DNA from: Octopus vulgaris
Taxonomy: Eukaryota
DNA length: 64,000 nt
Assembly: GCA_951406725.2 (NCBI GenBank)
Contig: OX597817.1
Span: 41,354,001-41,418,000 of the forward strand
Direction of reading: 5' to 3'
The translations under genes and the position numbers were made by a program. The notes beneath the pieces were generated by a model that was not told where the DNA came from, ran no database searches, and saw only the letters and a list, made by a program, of their open reading frames with translations. This document shows positions 1 to 13,661 of this stretch, piece by piece (position 1 is the first letter of the stretch; each line of letters begins with the position of its first letter).

Positions 1-116
1 CAAATTTATCAGGGGGATAAGTGAAAATGTAATGCTGTCTCAGAATTTGCAACAGACTGCTTTATGTATCTCTAGTGTAAAAGGAGTATCACTATGCTAA
101 GAGTACTATGAGCCTT

Positions 117-171
<55 letters not shown>

Positions 172-454
172 TTTATTTATTAGGGAATAAAAATTCTGGT
201 ATCACATTTGTCTGTTAATTACATTCGTAATTGTTAAAATATCAAAATATAGAAATTGGTATTGCATGATAATAAAGTTATCAAGAGTCCTGACGATTAG
301 GGTAGGGTTTAAGAAATGTTCCTGTAAAAAACTGCATGTTTAAGGAACGGTAAAAGAACCTCAAGAAACACGTGTAGCAGAGAAATTTAGAAATGATTAA
401 AATAAAATTCTTTTAAATGGTGTGATGTATATTAGGGGACTGCTATCTCCAAAT

Positions 455-498
<44 letters not shown>

Positions 499-503
499 TG
501 CAA

Positions 504-542
<39 letters not shown>

Positions 543-1277
543 CAATATTTATATTATTTATCATATATATATATTTAGGGGAAGGCAATTTATAATCTAG
601 AAGACAACTGGTGGTTATATGAAGTCTCTAGTGACAGACAATGAGGTTTCCAACCAAAATTCATTTCAATCTTTTAAAATTAAGCAACATTCTGCCTAAT
701 TCCCAAGGGATGTAGAGAGATACAAAGTTATTCGGTTATCGAAAATATGTTTCGATATTCTTTCAAAAATGGAAGTGTCTGTAGGTTTGAACTAATCAGG
801 AATACACAAAAGTCTGTTGATTAAAACAAGGGATACATATAATGATATTATTACAGCTGAGTAACTGAACAGAAATTTAAATGAGTTCAGTCAGTTCCGA
901 ACATTATTCTGTCCTCCTTTTGAAATGAAGCACGGAAGACATTCGGTACCTACATCTGTAGTACCAAGCCTTCATTGCTAATGAAGACATAACAGGAATG
1001 TTTTACATTAACTGCAAATGATAGCAACATTAATGCAGAGTCTATACAGCATTACTGATACTACTTACATTTTTCTGTTTAAATGTTAGAGATATATGTC
1101 AGTTGACAAGTGTGCAACAGATATATCAAAAATTGTTGTTGACATGTGTAGAAGTGACATCTACAGCTAGTGTAGTGGTGTGTGAGCAAGGAACAACAAA
1201 TGCTATTGACAAATGTCTGAGACATACCATACTTGTTTTCTTTTATCCTTTAGTCAGAAGGAAAGGCAGTGCTCATG

Positions 1278-1808
1278 GGATATGAGACATTTTGGCATAA
1301 CTGTTTTGGTGCTGCTTATTTGGCAGTGCTGATCTGTTACTGACTTATTTGACCCCTTTCTCCATCTCTCCTTCTCTTTACATGTATGAGGAATGGGAAA
1401 ATGTTTACATTCAATTGTGTACAATTGAGAAATTATAATGCCCCCACCTCTCTTTCTTTTTCTCTCTCTTTCACTCTCATTCTTTCTATCTGTATGTCCT
1501 TTCTTTTATCTTTCACTTGTTTCAATCATTAGACTGCGGTCATGCTGGAGCACTGCTTTAAGGAATTTTTAGTCGAATGAATTGACTCCAGTCTTTTTTT
1601 TTTTAAAGCTTTTTACATACTCCTTTACTCTTTTACTTGTTTCAGTCATTTGACTGTGGCCATGCTGGAGCACCACCTTTAGTCGAGCAAATCGACCCCA
1701 GGACTTATTCTATCAGTCTCTTTTGCCAAACAGCTAAGTTACAAGGGATGTAAACACACCAGCATCAGTTGTCAAGCAATGCTGGGGGGGGGGGGCACAG
1801 ATACACAC

Positions 1809-1858
<50 letters not shown>

Positions 1859-2150
1859 GGCTTCTTTCAGTTTCCATCTACCAAATCCACTCACAAGGCT
1901 TTGGTCGCCCCAAGGCTATAGTAGAAGACACTTGCCCAAGGTGCCATGTAATGGGAATGAACCCTGAATCATGTGGCTGGTAAGCAAGCTACTTACCACA
2001 CAGCCACTCCTGTGCCTGTATATTTCTACATGTACATACATGTGTGTGCTTACCACTGGTGCCAAAACGTACCGCCATAAAAACAGGCTAATAGTCCAGT
2101 CAGCTGTGCCAAATCAGCAGCATTCAAAACTGCTGAATTGTCTCATTTCC
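1278..2150. mobile_element. Mutator-like MITE with nested SINEs
   Basis: Left end GGATATGAGACATTTTGGCA...GTTTTGGTGCTGCTTATTTGGCA matches the reverse complement of the right end (GGAAATGAGACAATTCAGCAGTTTTGAATGCTGCTGATTTGGCAC). The 9-bp flanks GTGCTCATG (1269-77) and ATGCTCTTG (2151-59) match at 7/9. Confidence 0.7.
1620..2017 (-). mobile_element. tRNA-derived SINE, family A, near full length
   Basis: Reverse complement of the copy at 17939-18331: tRNA-like head, CORE-like ACCTTGGGCAAGTGTCTT, internal microsatellite, GTAAAAGAG tail. An extra 3' fragment lies at about 1500-1600. Confidence 0.9.
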
Positions 2151-3513
2151 ATGCTCTTGACCCACTACAAACACTTTGAGACTGGTGGTGATGGTGTGTG
2201 GCAGGGGAAGAGCAGTGTCCTGAAGCCAGAGGTCTGACCAGAATACTTGCAACAGAGAGAGACCTCTGTTAAAGGTACCCAAAATCTCAGGTGGTGAAGT
2301 TAAGCTGGATGATGGATTGCGTCTACGACCATACAAGTAAAAGTGATATCAAAAATTAAAATTGATAAGAATGTGGTATAAGAAATTAATGGATAAATAA
2401 GATTATAATATTGAAAGAAAAAAGAAAGGAGACAGATTTTATGTTGAAACAAAGCATAAAGAGTTGGGGAAGCTAAGAGCAAAGAAAAAACCAAGTGAAG
2501 TTAGTGTACAGAGTAGATTTAAGAGTAAGTAAGAGAGAGACAAAAATAAAAATTATTGGAAAATTAAATCAAATGAAAGACATAACAAACTAAAATTAAA
2601 GTTATTGGACTTTAACGAAGATAATCTTTGGTGAAATAAGAGAGAAAAAAATAGAAATTATATAAAATTGAAAAGAAAAAACAAATGAGAAAAAAAATAT
2701 TTTTTTAAATTTTTAGAAATTGCCTGAAGATTAAAAATTACAAAAAGAAACAAGTATAAACATTGTTTCAATTGATCAAACAAGCTGTTGGCTAGAATGC
2801 ATTTTGATAAATAGAACATTATGAAAACATCTTTCTTGAGATGATGGGGGGAAGAAAGCAAGGGTGGGGTGGGGGAAAGATAACAAAAGAAGTGGGGGAA
2901 GAAGTGAAGTAAAAGTAGATTTTTATTAGAAACCAACAGTGAAGAGTGAGGTAAACATGATATGAATCCTGTTGAATTTAATTAACAGAAAAATTCATTA
3001 TTAGGGAATTGTGATGACAAGGGGAGGTTAGCAAAAAGTTGGCAGTTGAATGTAACAAAAAATATTATTATTTTATGTATATATAAAAAAGCAAGAAAAT
3101 CAAAGAAAAGGAGGAAAAGTATCCATAGAGTAATATATATGTATTGATTGAATGTAATTCTTGAAATTAAAACTCTGTACACTATGTTCAATATGTTGAA
3201 TGTATTGTTACAGTATTAGGAAAGCTCTAGAATAAACAAAGTCAAGAACATAAGGTTGGGGAGAAAGAAAAAACCTCAATTGAAACCAATCTCTTAAATT
3301 GTGCACTGGCTATTGTTAGTGGTTAATTGACTAAATAAAATTAAATAAACACACCAGCTAGCAAGTCCTATAATTCAGTTTACTACGATTTTTCATGAGA
3401 GATACACAGACTATGGCTGACCTACATTGAGTAGCACCTGCATCTTTATACACAAAGGACATTTAGGATAAAAGAAAAGAAGAAACTCACTTTATAACTT
3501 TAGTTTCAAGAGT

Positions 3514-3554
<41 letters not shown>

Positions 3555-5344
3555 AGATGATGGATAGAAGTTAGTCATTGATTCAGAGGTGATTGAGCTT
3601 CTCTGCTCAAAAGTGCCAGAAGTACAAACTTGACTTATACTTTATATTTTTAACCAATTGCTGCTAACAATTGTCGACAATGAAGTGCAGAAAGAGAACC
3701 AAAATAAAAATTAAGATAGAGCAAAAATGAAGATTTCAAAGGAAGAGTAAATGAGCAATATTCCAAAGCTAGAATTTAAAGAAATTTAAAATTTAAAGAG
3801 CAGCTTAATATTTTATTGATATAAAATTTCTAGAAACCGAAATGTGATGACGATGATAGTTAACTTACTATTCTATCTATAAATGCCCAAAAGAGTATCT
3901 ATATGTGATCCAATCACTTATTTCTAATATAAAAAATAACTGCTATGAATGATGTCATATTCATACAGATATCATAATCAAGTGCTCTTATAAAATTTAT
4001 TAATCTTTATTAATCAGTGAATTTAATAAATAGTTGCAGCAAAAGTTAAAAAGAAAAAGTCCAAATACTGGAATGGAATAAAAAATATTTTAACATTAAG
4101 CAAAAGTACTAAAAATTTGGTGCACAGAGAATTATTCCTGGAATAATTCTGTGAAAATTTGATTTATTTAGATATATTCTGAATTATACAACTTCTACTT
4201 CAAAATATGTGAGATTAATCTTGGTCAATAACCTGTAACAATTAAAGGAGGTGAGAGGAGGGGAACAGTGGCTGGTGTGTTAAGATTCAAGGCTATTAAC
4301 CACATGCAAAGTCATGGCTGGTGTCTTGGCTATAACCATTGTATTATCCCAGATGGCAAAATACTTTGCTCCACATGTCTCCCTGTGTCTGTTTGGCAGC
4401 TGGCAATGCTTCAGCTTCATAATTAGTGATTACCAGAAGGTTATGTAGCTATCTAACTAACACTTGCCCACACAATAGATACATTTCAAAGTTTCCCATA
4501 ACCATTCCTCTCATGTAGAAAGAATCAAAGAAAACAAAAAAAGCAAAAAAAAAAAAAGAAAGAAAATAAAAAAATCAATGAAACTTGTTTAACCTTCTAA
4601 TTATGTGTATGTATACACACACACATGCACTTTATATATATACATTACAAATATTATATATGTATGCATTATATATGCATATATTATATACACATATACA
4701 TACATTATATATATGTATATATATGCATTCATTTTATACACATATAGCTACATTTTATACATAATACACACACACACACACACACATTTATGTAACACAG
4801 ACAAAGCTTCATTTTACATTCTTTCAACTCCTGCCAAACAGTATACCAATTTTATTGAAAGGTAAGAATCGAAGCAAGAGAAAAATATACCATATACTGA
4901 CAAAGGACATCTATTAAACACACACACATACACACACACACACATGGGGGTTTAAAGCATGAATTTTTGGTGTGAAAAATGTTTGGAGAAAATGCTGTTT
5001 TGGTTTATTCATGTTTTGATGCTCACAACATATTCTCCCCATGCCTGCCAGTATCAAATATAATACACATGTGTAATCTATCATTTAATAACATCCTATT
5101 ACCAGGCATCTCTGACTTGATGTAAAGATCACTTCAAAAGTTTGTTTTTTGGAAAAATTCAGTGTTACTGCTTTCAATACACAATAAAATAAAAAGGTTA
5201 CTGCTATGATAAAAGGCCTGAGGAAAGCCAGAAAAATTATTGCACAAATTGTTATTAACTAAAAGAAATATTAATAATTATAATAAACAGGATGGTGTAG
5301 TTACTATTTTCCTTTCAGTGTAACTCTGGGTGGTTCTGATTTAA

Positions 5345-6530
5345 GTACACAAGTCCACCAATTTTGAGAAGGTGGTTAGTCAATACCATAAACCCCTCTA
5401 TTTAATAGGTATTTTATTTTTATTGACCCCAGAAGGATGAAAAGGCAAAGTTGACTTCAGCAGTATTTGAACTTCAGCATAAAGAGCCAGAATAAATTGA
5501 ACAAGACATTCTTCTGACATTTAACAATCCTGGAAGTTTGTTACCCAATGATTTTTAAACTTTGGTACAAATCACCAAATTTGTAGGAAATAAAGAGACA
5601 GAGATAGAATTAATGAAACTAAACCTACTTTTTTTAAAAAATAGGTTTGATCTAGAGAAAAGGGATTGCCCCTGACTTCTGCAGGACATCTGAGGCTGGT
5701 GAGATGGACTACATTACTCTCATCTGTTTTATTGACCTCAGAGCAGTACTTTTCTACAAATAGTTGTAATATTATTCTAAAAGGGTTGTAATATTATTCT
5801 AAAAGAAACACAAAAACAAAGCCTTTAACTGTTGAAATATTTAATAAAATATAGAATTTTCATGACCACAATAAGCCAACAGGCATGCAGGCTGCAACAC
5901 CATTTACAACAAACAAGAACTGAAGAATAGTTCTCTAAGAAAAGTATAAAATGTTAAATGTTCCCAATTGAAATGTTAAAGAATGGGCTTCAGAAGGTTA
6001 CTGCTGTGATAAAATGGGTTGTGACTGTAAAACACAGGAAATTCACTGCCCTGGCAGAGAACCTAACTAAACACAATCAGGTATTTATTATGGTATGCTA
6101 CTACAAAAATAACTTTTTTAATACTGGTACAATGCCAGAAATTTGCAGGGTAAGGGGGTACTGATCAAGTAAATGGCCCTCACCCCAGTACTTTACCGGT
6201 ACTTTCATTGAACTAAGAAGAAAGGAAGGCAAAGTTGATCTCGATGGGATGTGAACTCAAAACTTAAAAGCTGGAATAAATACTACAAAGCATTTTGTTC
6301 AGCATTTCTACCAGTCTGTTGCTCTTAATAACAATTTCTAATTCAGGCACAAGGCTAGCAATTTTGAGAGGAGAATTTTAGTTGATTGTATTGATCCATT
6401 AGTGGACTGGTGTTTTACTTCATCAACTCAGAGGGATGAAAGTTAAAACTGACCTTGGCAGGGTTTCAACTTGGAATGTATAGATTTGGAATAAATAATG
6501 CAAGACATTATGTCCAGTACTCAAATAATT
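5345..6530 (-). mobile_element. Cluster of diverged family-B SINEs
   Basis: Copies at about 5345-5545, 6118-6325 and 6335-6530, each with a GGATGAAAGGCAAAGTTGAC-like core. Confidence 0.7.
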
Positions 6531-7889
6531 CTTTAGTAACAAGTAAATAGATATTTGAAATTATAGAAGGAAATCTTTATTGCCAACTTAATATAGAAGT
6601 TGTACTAGAACACAGAACACTGCATTATTAACCTTGAGAGGACCTCTCATATGGACTTGCGGTGCATAACAACACTTCATGTTAAGTAAGAGATAAACAT
6701 TACCTTCCAATATTCATACTGCTTCTATCACTATTAATTCTGTTGTGTCTGTTATGGGGAGAGTCATTTTCTTTTTGTGCCTTATAATATAACACACTCA
6801 CTGGTAAAATTTCCATTTATTTCTTATTTTTATTTTCCTAAAATTTTCATTGCGTCTTGCAACCTTTTCAATAGTCTTGACTTTGTCCGTTATTTACACT
6901 GCGTTCCTTTTTGTTTGTTTATTATTTGAAAATAAAGATTTTTTTTCAGAGAAATTTACTCGTTTTTTGCTTCCATTATGGTATTCTCTTGACTTAATTG
7001 ATACTAGTGTATTCTTTAAGCAACAAGACTATGGCTGAGTCAAATTCTCAAGGCTACACTTTGTAGCATTTTTAAGAGCTTCAACTAACAACAATGTGAA
7101 TGCCATGATAGTATGGAACCATAACAAAGCTTGACCAACATTTCACACCTTAAAAACCTGATTCTATTTTTTATGACCAGAATGACAAAAATATCTTATT
7201 TGTTAAGGCAACACTAAATTACTGTTATGTTGAACAGAAGTAAACGAAACAGCCAAGAAATTACGTTGCCTTATCTTTTGAATTAAAAACCATTAATTCA
7301 TTTGCTTTGTAGCAAGGGCAAATGGAATAATAACATAAAATTGCTTCAGTAAAAATGCTGACAGTTTACCTATAAATGCAGACAAATGTAGGTACCAGAA
7401 AATAGCAACAAAACTGCTTGTAAATGTAGTTAGAAGTAGCACTGTCTCGGGGCATCTATTAACATATTTCTTAGTTGTACATGTGTGTTGTTTCACACAA
7501 TTTACCTCATTAATCAATACAAATATATATAAAAAAATGGAAAATAAGCTGGTTTAATATGCATGAGCCACTCCCATCTTGCTACAGAATTAGAAGAAAT
7601 ATTTGATCCAATATTAATCAAAAGATTGCTAAATAGAAACAAAATATAAATTTTCTCCTCACACGAGGTGAGTATCCGATTGTACTTTGCACTACTAATA
7701 TTTATGGCTGCCATCTGCATATACATGTGGATGTATTTCTAAAGAATTTAATTTTTATAGAATGGATTACAATTTAGGTGGAGGATCCTCCAACATATGA
7801 CATACTGAACTATGTACTTAGGATACAAGCTACTCGTTAAAAACAAATTTCAGTTTTGAGAACACAAACAGAAATCAGTTTTATAATCT

Positions 7890-8278
7890 CTGTGGCACTC
7901 TGTCAGTTATGATGATGAGGGTTCCAGTTGATCCGATCAACCAACGGAACAGCCTGCTTGTGAAATTAACATGCAAGTGGCTGAGCACTCCACAGACACG
8001 TGTACCCTTAATGTAGTTCTTGGGGAGATTCAGCATGACACAGAGTGTGACAAGGCTGGCTCTTTGAAATACAAGTACAACAGAAACAGGAAGAAAAAGT
8101 GAGAGAAAGTTGTGGTGAAAGAGTACGGCAGGGTTTGCCACCACCCCCTGCCGGAGCCTCATGGACCTTTAGGTGTTTTTTGCTCAATAAACACTCACAA
8201 CGTCCAGTCTGGGAATCAAAACCGCGATCCTAAGACTGCAAGTCCGCTGCCTTAATCACTGGGCCATTGTGCCTTCAC
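7890..8278 (-). mobile_element. tRNA-derived SINE resembling octopus OR-type SINEs
   Basis: Minus-strand head GGCACAATGGCCCAGTGATTAAGGCAGCGGAC...GGTTTTGATTCC (A/B-box-like); 10-bp TSD TTTATAATCT at 7880-7889 and 8279-8288. Confidence 0.85.
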
Positions 8279-8344
8279 TTTATAATCTACAATGTAATCA
8301 TTGATAAGACCTTCCCTCTGTCTACACACACACACACACAAAAA

Positions 8345-8965
8345 TGGTAAGAAGTGTAGAAAGAAGTTTGCTTCCCAAGCACATGGTTCTGGGTTCAGTC
8401 CCATATCATGGCACCTTGGGCAAGTGTCTTCCACTATAGCCTCAGCCAACCCAAGTCTTGTTAGAGGATTTAGTAGACAGAAACTGAAAGCAGCCCATTG
8501 TGTGTGTGTGTATTTTAACTACATGTGGATCGTTGGTAATTTTTTTTCCTCTGTCTTCCTTTTCCCTAGGACTTTCCTCTGTCTCCTGTTTCTGAAGAAG
8601 AGCCTTGTTCAAAATGTAAAACACACTTTCTTTCCTTTCTTGGGTATCTTTTAATACTTTGCATGTACCACATCCTCATGTTGTTTTTTCTTGTGTTTTT
8701 TCTTTTCTTTTTTTTTTTTGATTAATTATATATATACATACATACATGTGTGTCTGTCTTCGTCCCCAACTACTACTTGATAACTGATGTTGGTGAGTAT
8801 ACGGTCCCATAACTTAGTGGTTCAGCAAAAGAAAGCAATACATTAAGTACCAGGTTTAAAAGAAAGCTAAGTAATGGAGTCACTTCATTCGACTAAAAAA
8901 ATTCTTCAACGTAATGCCCCAGCATGGCCACAGCCTAATGACTGACACAAATAAAAGATAGAAGA
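8345..8965 (+). mobile_element. SINE family A, interrupted
   Basis: Head and core at 8345-8500 and 3' half at about 8745-8965, separated by an insertion in the internal microsatellite. Confidence 0.8.
8530..8725 (+). mobile_element. Penelope-like terminal fragment nested in a SINE, with a decayed hammerhead core
   Basis: CTGAAGA-A-GAGC-CTT-GTTC-AAAATGT near 8593-8620 is consistent with CpG-decayed ...GCTC-GAAACGT. It sits between the two halves of a family-A SINE. Confidence 0.4.
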
Positions 8966-9035
8966 TAAATGATAATTACAAACCACCTTAATTTCTCATA
9001 CATCAGAGTAGACAGTAAGATAATTAAACTAACTA

Positions 9036-9322
9036 GGCGTAGGAGAGGCTGTGTGGCAAGTAGATTGCTTATGAACCACATGGTTACGGGTTCAGTCCCA
9101 CTGCATGGCACCTTGGGCAAGTGTCTTCTACTATAGCCTTGGGCCGACCAAAGCCTTGTGAGTGGATTTGATAGACGGAAACTGAAAAGAAGCCTGTCGT
9201 ATATATGTATGTATTTATGTGTGTGTGTGGTTGTGTGTCTGTGTTTGTCCCCCCAACATCGCTTGACAACCAATGCTGGTGTGTTTACGTCCCTGTAACT
9301 TAGCAGTTCAGCAAAAGAGACT
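9036..9322 (+). mobile_element. SINE family A, 3'-truncated
   Basis: GGCGTAGGAGAGGCTGTGTGG...GGGTTCAGTCCC...CCTTGGGCAAGTGTCTTCTACTATAGCC. Confidence 0.9.
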
Positions 9323-11335
9323 GCACTTAATAGTTTGTTGGATGGACATTTTGGATGTAGGGATAACACTGCGAGGAACAATATTTGTCTTGTCCATCAC
9401 AATGTAATAACAAAACCTTCTTAGATTAGTAGAAGGTTACAAATATTCATGAAATATGAAAGTGGAATGTAAGATACTGTATAATATCTGTATTATTTTT
9501 TACAGAAACTTGAAATTTAGAACAGGATTTAAAAAAAAAAAAAAATTTCCTTTCCTAATGAATCAGAAATATCATTTTACCACATATGTAGAGTGAATAA
9601 TAAGACAACTGTTTCATTTATTACAACACTGGTACATAAATCTTTATCATTGCCAATATTTAGTAACATGTAGCCATTTTACCAAGGTAATAAATGAGAG
9701 AATTTCAAAGAGATTATGATCAAAGAGAAATAGGATATGATAAAGAATAAGTAAAACAAAAAATATGTAGAATGTTTAATTTCTTATAAATTCTACATAT
9801 AATTAATATGTATGATATGAAGATATTTGGAAAGAATTCTTAGAAAAAAATGAAATGAAATGGAACTTCAGTTATTACAATTTAAATATTAATTTCCCAG
9901 TATTTTTTTACAAAGCAATAAATTAAAAGTCATACAAGTGATATTGAGATATTCATAAAAATTTAAATGAGGAAACATTATTTGAACAAGTATGTATCAA
10001 CAGTTTTAGCAATGTAATGAAGTTCAACTTTAGAAGAATGTGTGTAGGCTTTTGCACAGATGCATAAATGTTATGACCGAAGGAATCATTTATTGAGGCA
10101 ATTTTGGATCTCCTAAAAGATACCACTGGCAGTAGTAAGAAACATAAGAAAATATATATAGAATATTTCAATATTAAACATTAAATGTTATGTTAATGTT
10201 GAAATTGGTTATGGCAGATTATTAAAGCTACATAAAGAATAACTCCAATTAAAAGCTTTGCATGAATGAGTAAATGTCAAAGCTTCTCTTTATAAAAGTG
10301 ATTTCTGACAATATCAAAAGTTGTTGATTGCATAATATCAATAATGGGAGAAAAGAAGGTAACCAAATTAATAGGAAAATTTTGTTTTACAAGATATCTC
10401 ATTAATTTTTGGTGTAAACATTGGAGTTATAAAAATCAAATGAGCCATAAAAGAGGGACAGAAAGAAAGGCACAGATGACAAAGCGAGGAAAAAAACCCC
10501 CAACAAAAAACAAAAAAAAAAACACAATGAAACTAAAAGGAGAGAGAGAGAGAGAGAGAATGAGGTAACTGGACAAAAGAGAATGAGGTTTAAGGAAGGA
10601 AACTTAAAAATAATGAAGGAAGGAAATGTAAAAATGAAAACAAAGGCAAAGATGAAAGGAAATGAAGAGAAGAGGAAAAAAATAACATGGAATGAAATCA
10701 GTAAAAAAGAAGAAAGAAGAGCAATGGAGGCAGTGAATGAAGAAAATAAATAACGTTGCAGGGATTGTATATAAAATGAACACTTAGTTTGGATAAGTTC
10801 TATACATGAACTAACTTATACCTAGCATATCCCATAAACAAGAAACTATCAAAAGTCTTGTTAATATAGAGCAACACATTTAATTGCCCAGCTCAATGGT
10901 TTTGAAAAGGGCTACTTCTCATAAACCTATGTATTCTTTGAGGCTGAGTCCACTTTTACTCAGTAGGGGGACATACATTAAGCAGGATGAAAGAAAGAAC
11001 AAACAAAGCAAAAATGAACAAGAATCTACAATTATATTGTATTGAAGGTTCTTAAATAGGAACTGCTTTTATTTGGAGTGAATAAATACAAAATAAAACC
11101 ATCCACATGGAACAGCATCATTGTATATTTTATTCTTTTTAAACAGATGTTTATTTTGAAGAGGAAATGGATAGGAGAGAAAGACATTGCTGAAGGTTAT
11201 TACGATGTTGGGATTTCAAAGGCTGATTCCAATCTCTGGAAAGTGTGAAATACCATTGGTAAATAACATTGTTGAATTACCTCTTATTTCAATCTATGTT
11301 ATTTTCTATTTATTCATTCAATTTTTATTCGACAG

Positions 11336-11492
11336 CAGTCTGATCAGTATCTCTCTCAACCAAGAAAAATATGTTTGTAAAAGGACTTTTGTTCTTAGTA
11401 GCGTGTAATACGAGACTTAATATACCAAGATAGTGTGGAACTTAATAACCTAATAGAAACACTTAAGCACAGAGGTGATACTGATCAGACTG
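11336..11492. mobile_element. Tc1/mariner-like MITE
   Basis: Perfect 16-bp TIRs CAGTCTGATCAGTATC (11336-51) and GATACTGATCAGACTG (11477-92); TA on the right flank only. Confidence 0.7.
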
Positions 11493-12493
11493 TAGATTAA
11501 CCCTGAGTTTTCAAAAATCAATGCTTAATAGTAGGCATGAAATAATTAGAAAAAGAAGTCAGGTAAATATGCAATACAGGTAAATAACACAGTTGCAAGC
11601 AAATTTTATGATGAACAAAATTTCTACATGGTCTCTTGCCTTGCTAAAAATAACAGTCAAATCTCTCTCAAGTCATACCCTAACATTATCAAAAGTCAGG
11701 AAGAACACATTTTATAACAATGTATTGGTTCTTGATGTTGAAAGAAATGGGATGGACATGGCTGGAATGTCTTTCATTACGAGCACAGCAGACCTGTGGC
11801 TAGTTACAATATTCATTTGAGCAATTATTTTGAGTACAGTATATGATAATTTATATTGGAGATGTATATTGAGAAGCAGAGACAGTAAATGTTCTATTTT
11901 GATTAAGTGTAACTGCTTGAAAATGTGACGGAACAAATAAGAAATATGTTTTATCAGTGAAGTAGAAAGCTTAAAACCAAGAAAAATGTACTGGGACATA
12001 AATATTAAGACACATTTAAGGACAAGTTTATATTGGTTCAAGTCTGAAAATGTAACATTTTTTTTTAGAAATTATCTTATAAGAATCAATAGCGTGGAAT
12101 CAATTTCAACATGGTCTGTTTTCACTTTTTCTTTTCCTTTCTTTGCATCAACAAAATATTTGTAGACTCATTTTTTTCTCATGGCAAGGAGATTGAGGAA
12201 ATGAAAAATAGTTCAGAAAACATAGTCTGTCTTATCCATACTAGTCAAGAAATATGTTTTCCTGTCGATATTCGAAAATTTTCAAAACCAATATTAACCC
12301 TTTCCAAATTTTCTAAAGAAAATTTGAAAGCTTAAATTTTGAACTTCAAAATTAATTATAAATAAAAAAATAAAAAATTTGAACAGATTTTTTATTAGCA
12401 AAATCCTTAGAAGAATGTGAAGCAATTCCATGTTAAGTAACAGTTGACAGCATTAAGATTTACTGAGGTTAGTCTGAGTTGGATGTTAATATA

Positions 12494-12650
12494 ATCTTTT
12501 CTACTCTAGGCACAAGGCCTGAAATTTCTGGGGAGTGGGATGCCAGTCGATTAGATCTATCCCAGTATGCAACTAGTACTTAATTTATCGACCCTCAGAA
12601 TGTAAAGACAGACAAAACACCGCTAAGCATTATTTTGCTTGGCATGCTAG
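12494..12650 (-). mobile_element. SINE family B, internally deleted
   Basis: CTAGGCACAAGGCCTGAAAT...TTTATCGACC joined directly to CTCAGAATGTAAAGAC. Confidence 0.75.
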
Positions 12651-12949
12651 CATTAATATATCAATTCTAAACTCAATCAGTTATTGATCACAAGATTAAA
12701 AGCAATGCCTTTTATTGTACTTTTTTCTTTTACTTGTTTCAGTTGCTGGACTGTGACCATGCTGGGTAGTGCTTTGAAAGGATTAGTTGAACAAGTTGAC
12801 CTCCCCCCAGTACTTATTATTTTATATCTGGTACTTATTCTATTGGCCTTTTGCCAAACTACTAAGTTAAGGGGATGTAAACAAACCAACACCTGCTGTC
12901 AAGCATTGGGTGGATAAACACAAACATATATATGTATGTATATTAAGCC

Positions 12950-13222
12950 AAAGTCACCTGACTGGCTCCCATGCTGGTGGCACATAAAAAGCATTATCCA
13001 AACACGATTGATGCCAGGCCTGCCTGACTGGCTCCTGTGCCAGTGGCACATAAAAGGCACCCACTACACTCTCAGAGTGGTTGGCATTAGGAAGAGCATC
13101 CAGCTGTAGAAACTCTGCCAGATCAGATTGGAGCCTGGTGCAGCTGCTGGCTTTCCAGAACTCAGTCAAACCTTCAAACCCATGCCAGCATGGAAAATGG
13201 ACGTTAAACAATGATGATGATG
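12950..13222 (+). mobile_element. Family C retro-element 3' portion ending in (GAT)n
   Basis: GTGGTTGGCATTAGGAAGAGCATCCAGC...CCCATGCCAGCATGGAAAATGGACGTTAAA(GAT)n; related copies near 22100-22300, 23010-23190 and 32040-32960. Confidence 0.75.
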
Positions 13223-13242
13223 ATACACACACACACACACAC

Positions 13243-13315
<73 letters not shown>

Positions 13316-13346
13316 ATATGAAATAGAAGCAGCTCAAGGGATATAA

Positions 13347-13502
13347 ACAATATTGAACACACATACACAAGGTATGTTTTGCTAGTTTGTGGGCAGGCCA
13401 TGCTTTTAGGTGTAAGAGAATATATTCTCATCAATGCCTAAAAGTGCAGCCTACCCATAAACTAGCAAAACACATACCTTGTGTGTGTGTGTTTGATATT
13501 GT
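13347..13502. repeat. Foldback palindrome with arms of about 75 bp
   Basis: ACAATATTGAACACAC...AAGGTATGTTTTGCTAGTTTGTGGGCAGGC...GAGAAT-AT-ATTCTC...GCCTACCCATAAACTAGCAAAAC...TTTGATATTGT. Confidence 0.85.
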
Positions 13503-13630
13503 ATGTAAGTATATGTATATATATATAGTTGAAATTTACAAAAAAAACAAAAGATGAAGACAGGTGTATAAACAACAAACATATATACATGTCCCACCCA
13601 TGCCAGCATGGAAGGCAGATGTTAAATGAT

Positions 13631-13661
<31 letters not shown>

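Noticed and set aside
5763-5805. 21-bp direct repeat GTTGTAATATTATTCTAAAAG
   Set aside because: Simple local tandem duplication with no further structure.
7588-7667. Exon bounded by CTACAG and GAG|GTGAGT
   Set aside because: Stops in all three frames; a non-coding exon cannot be supported without transcript data.
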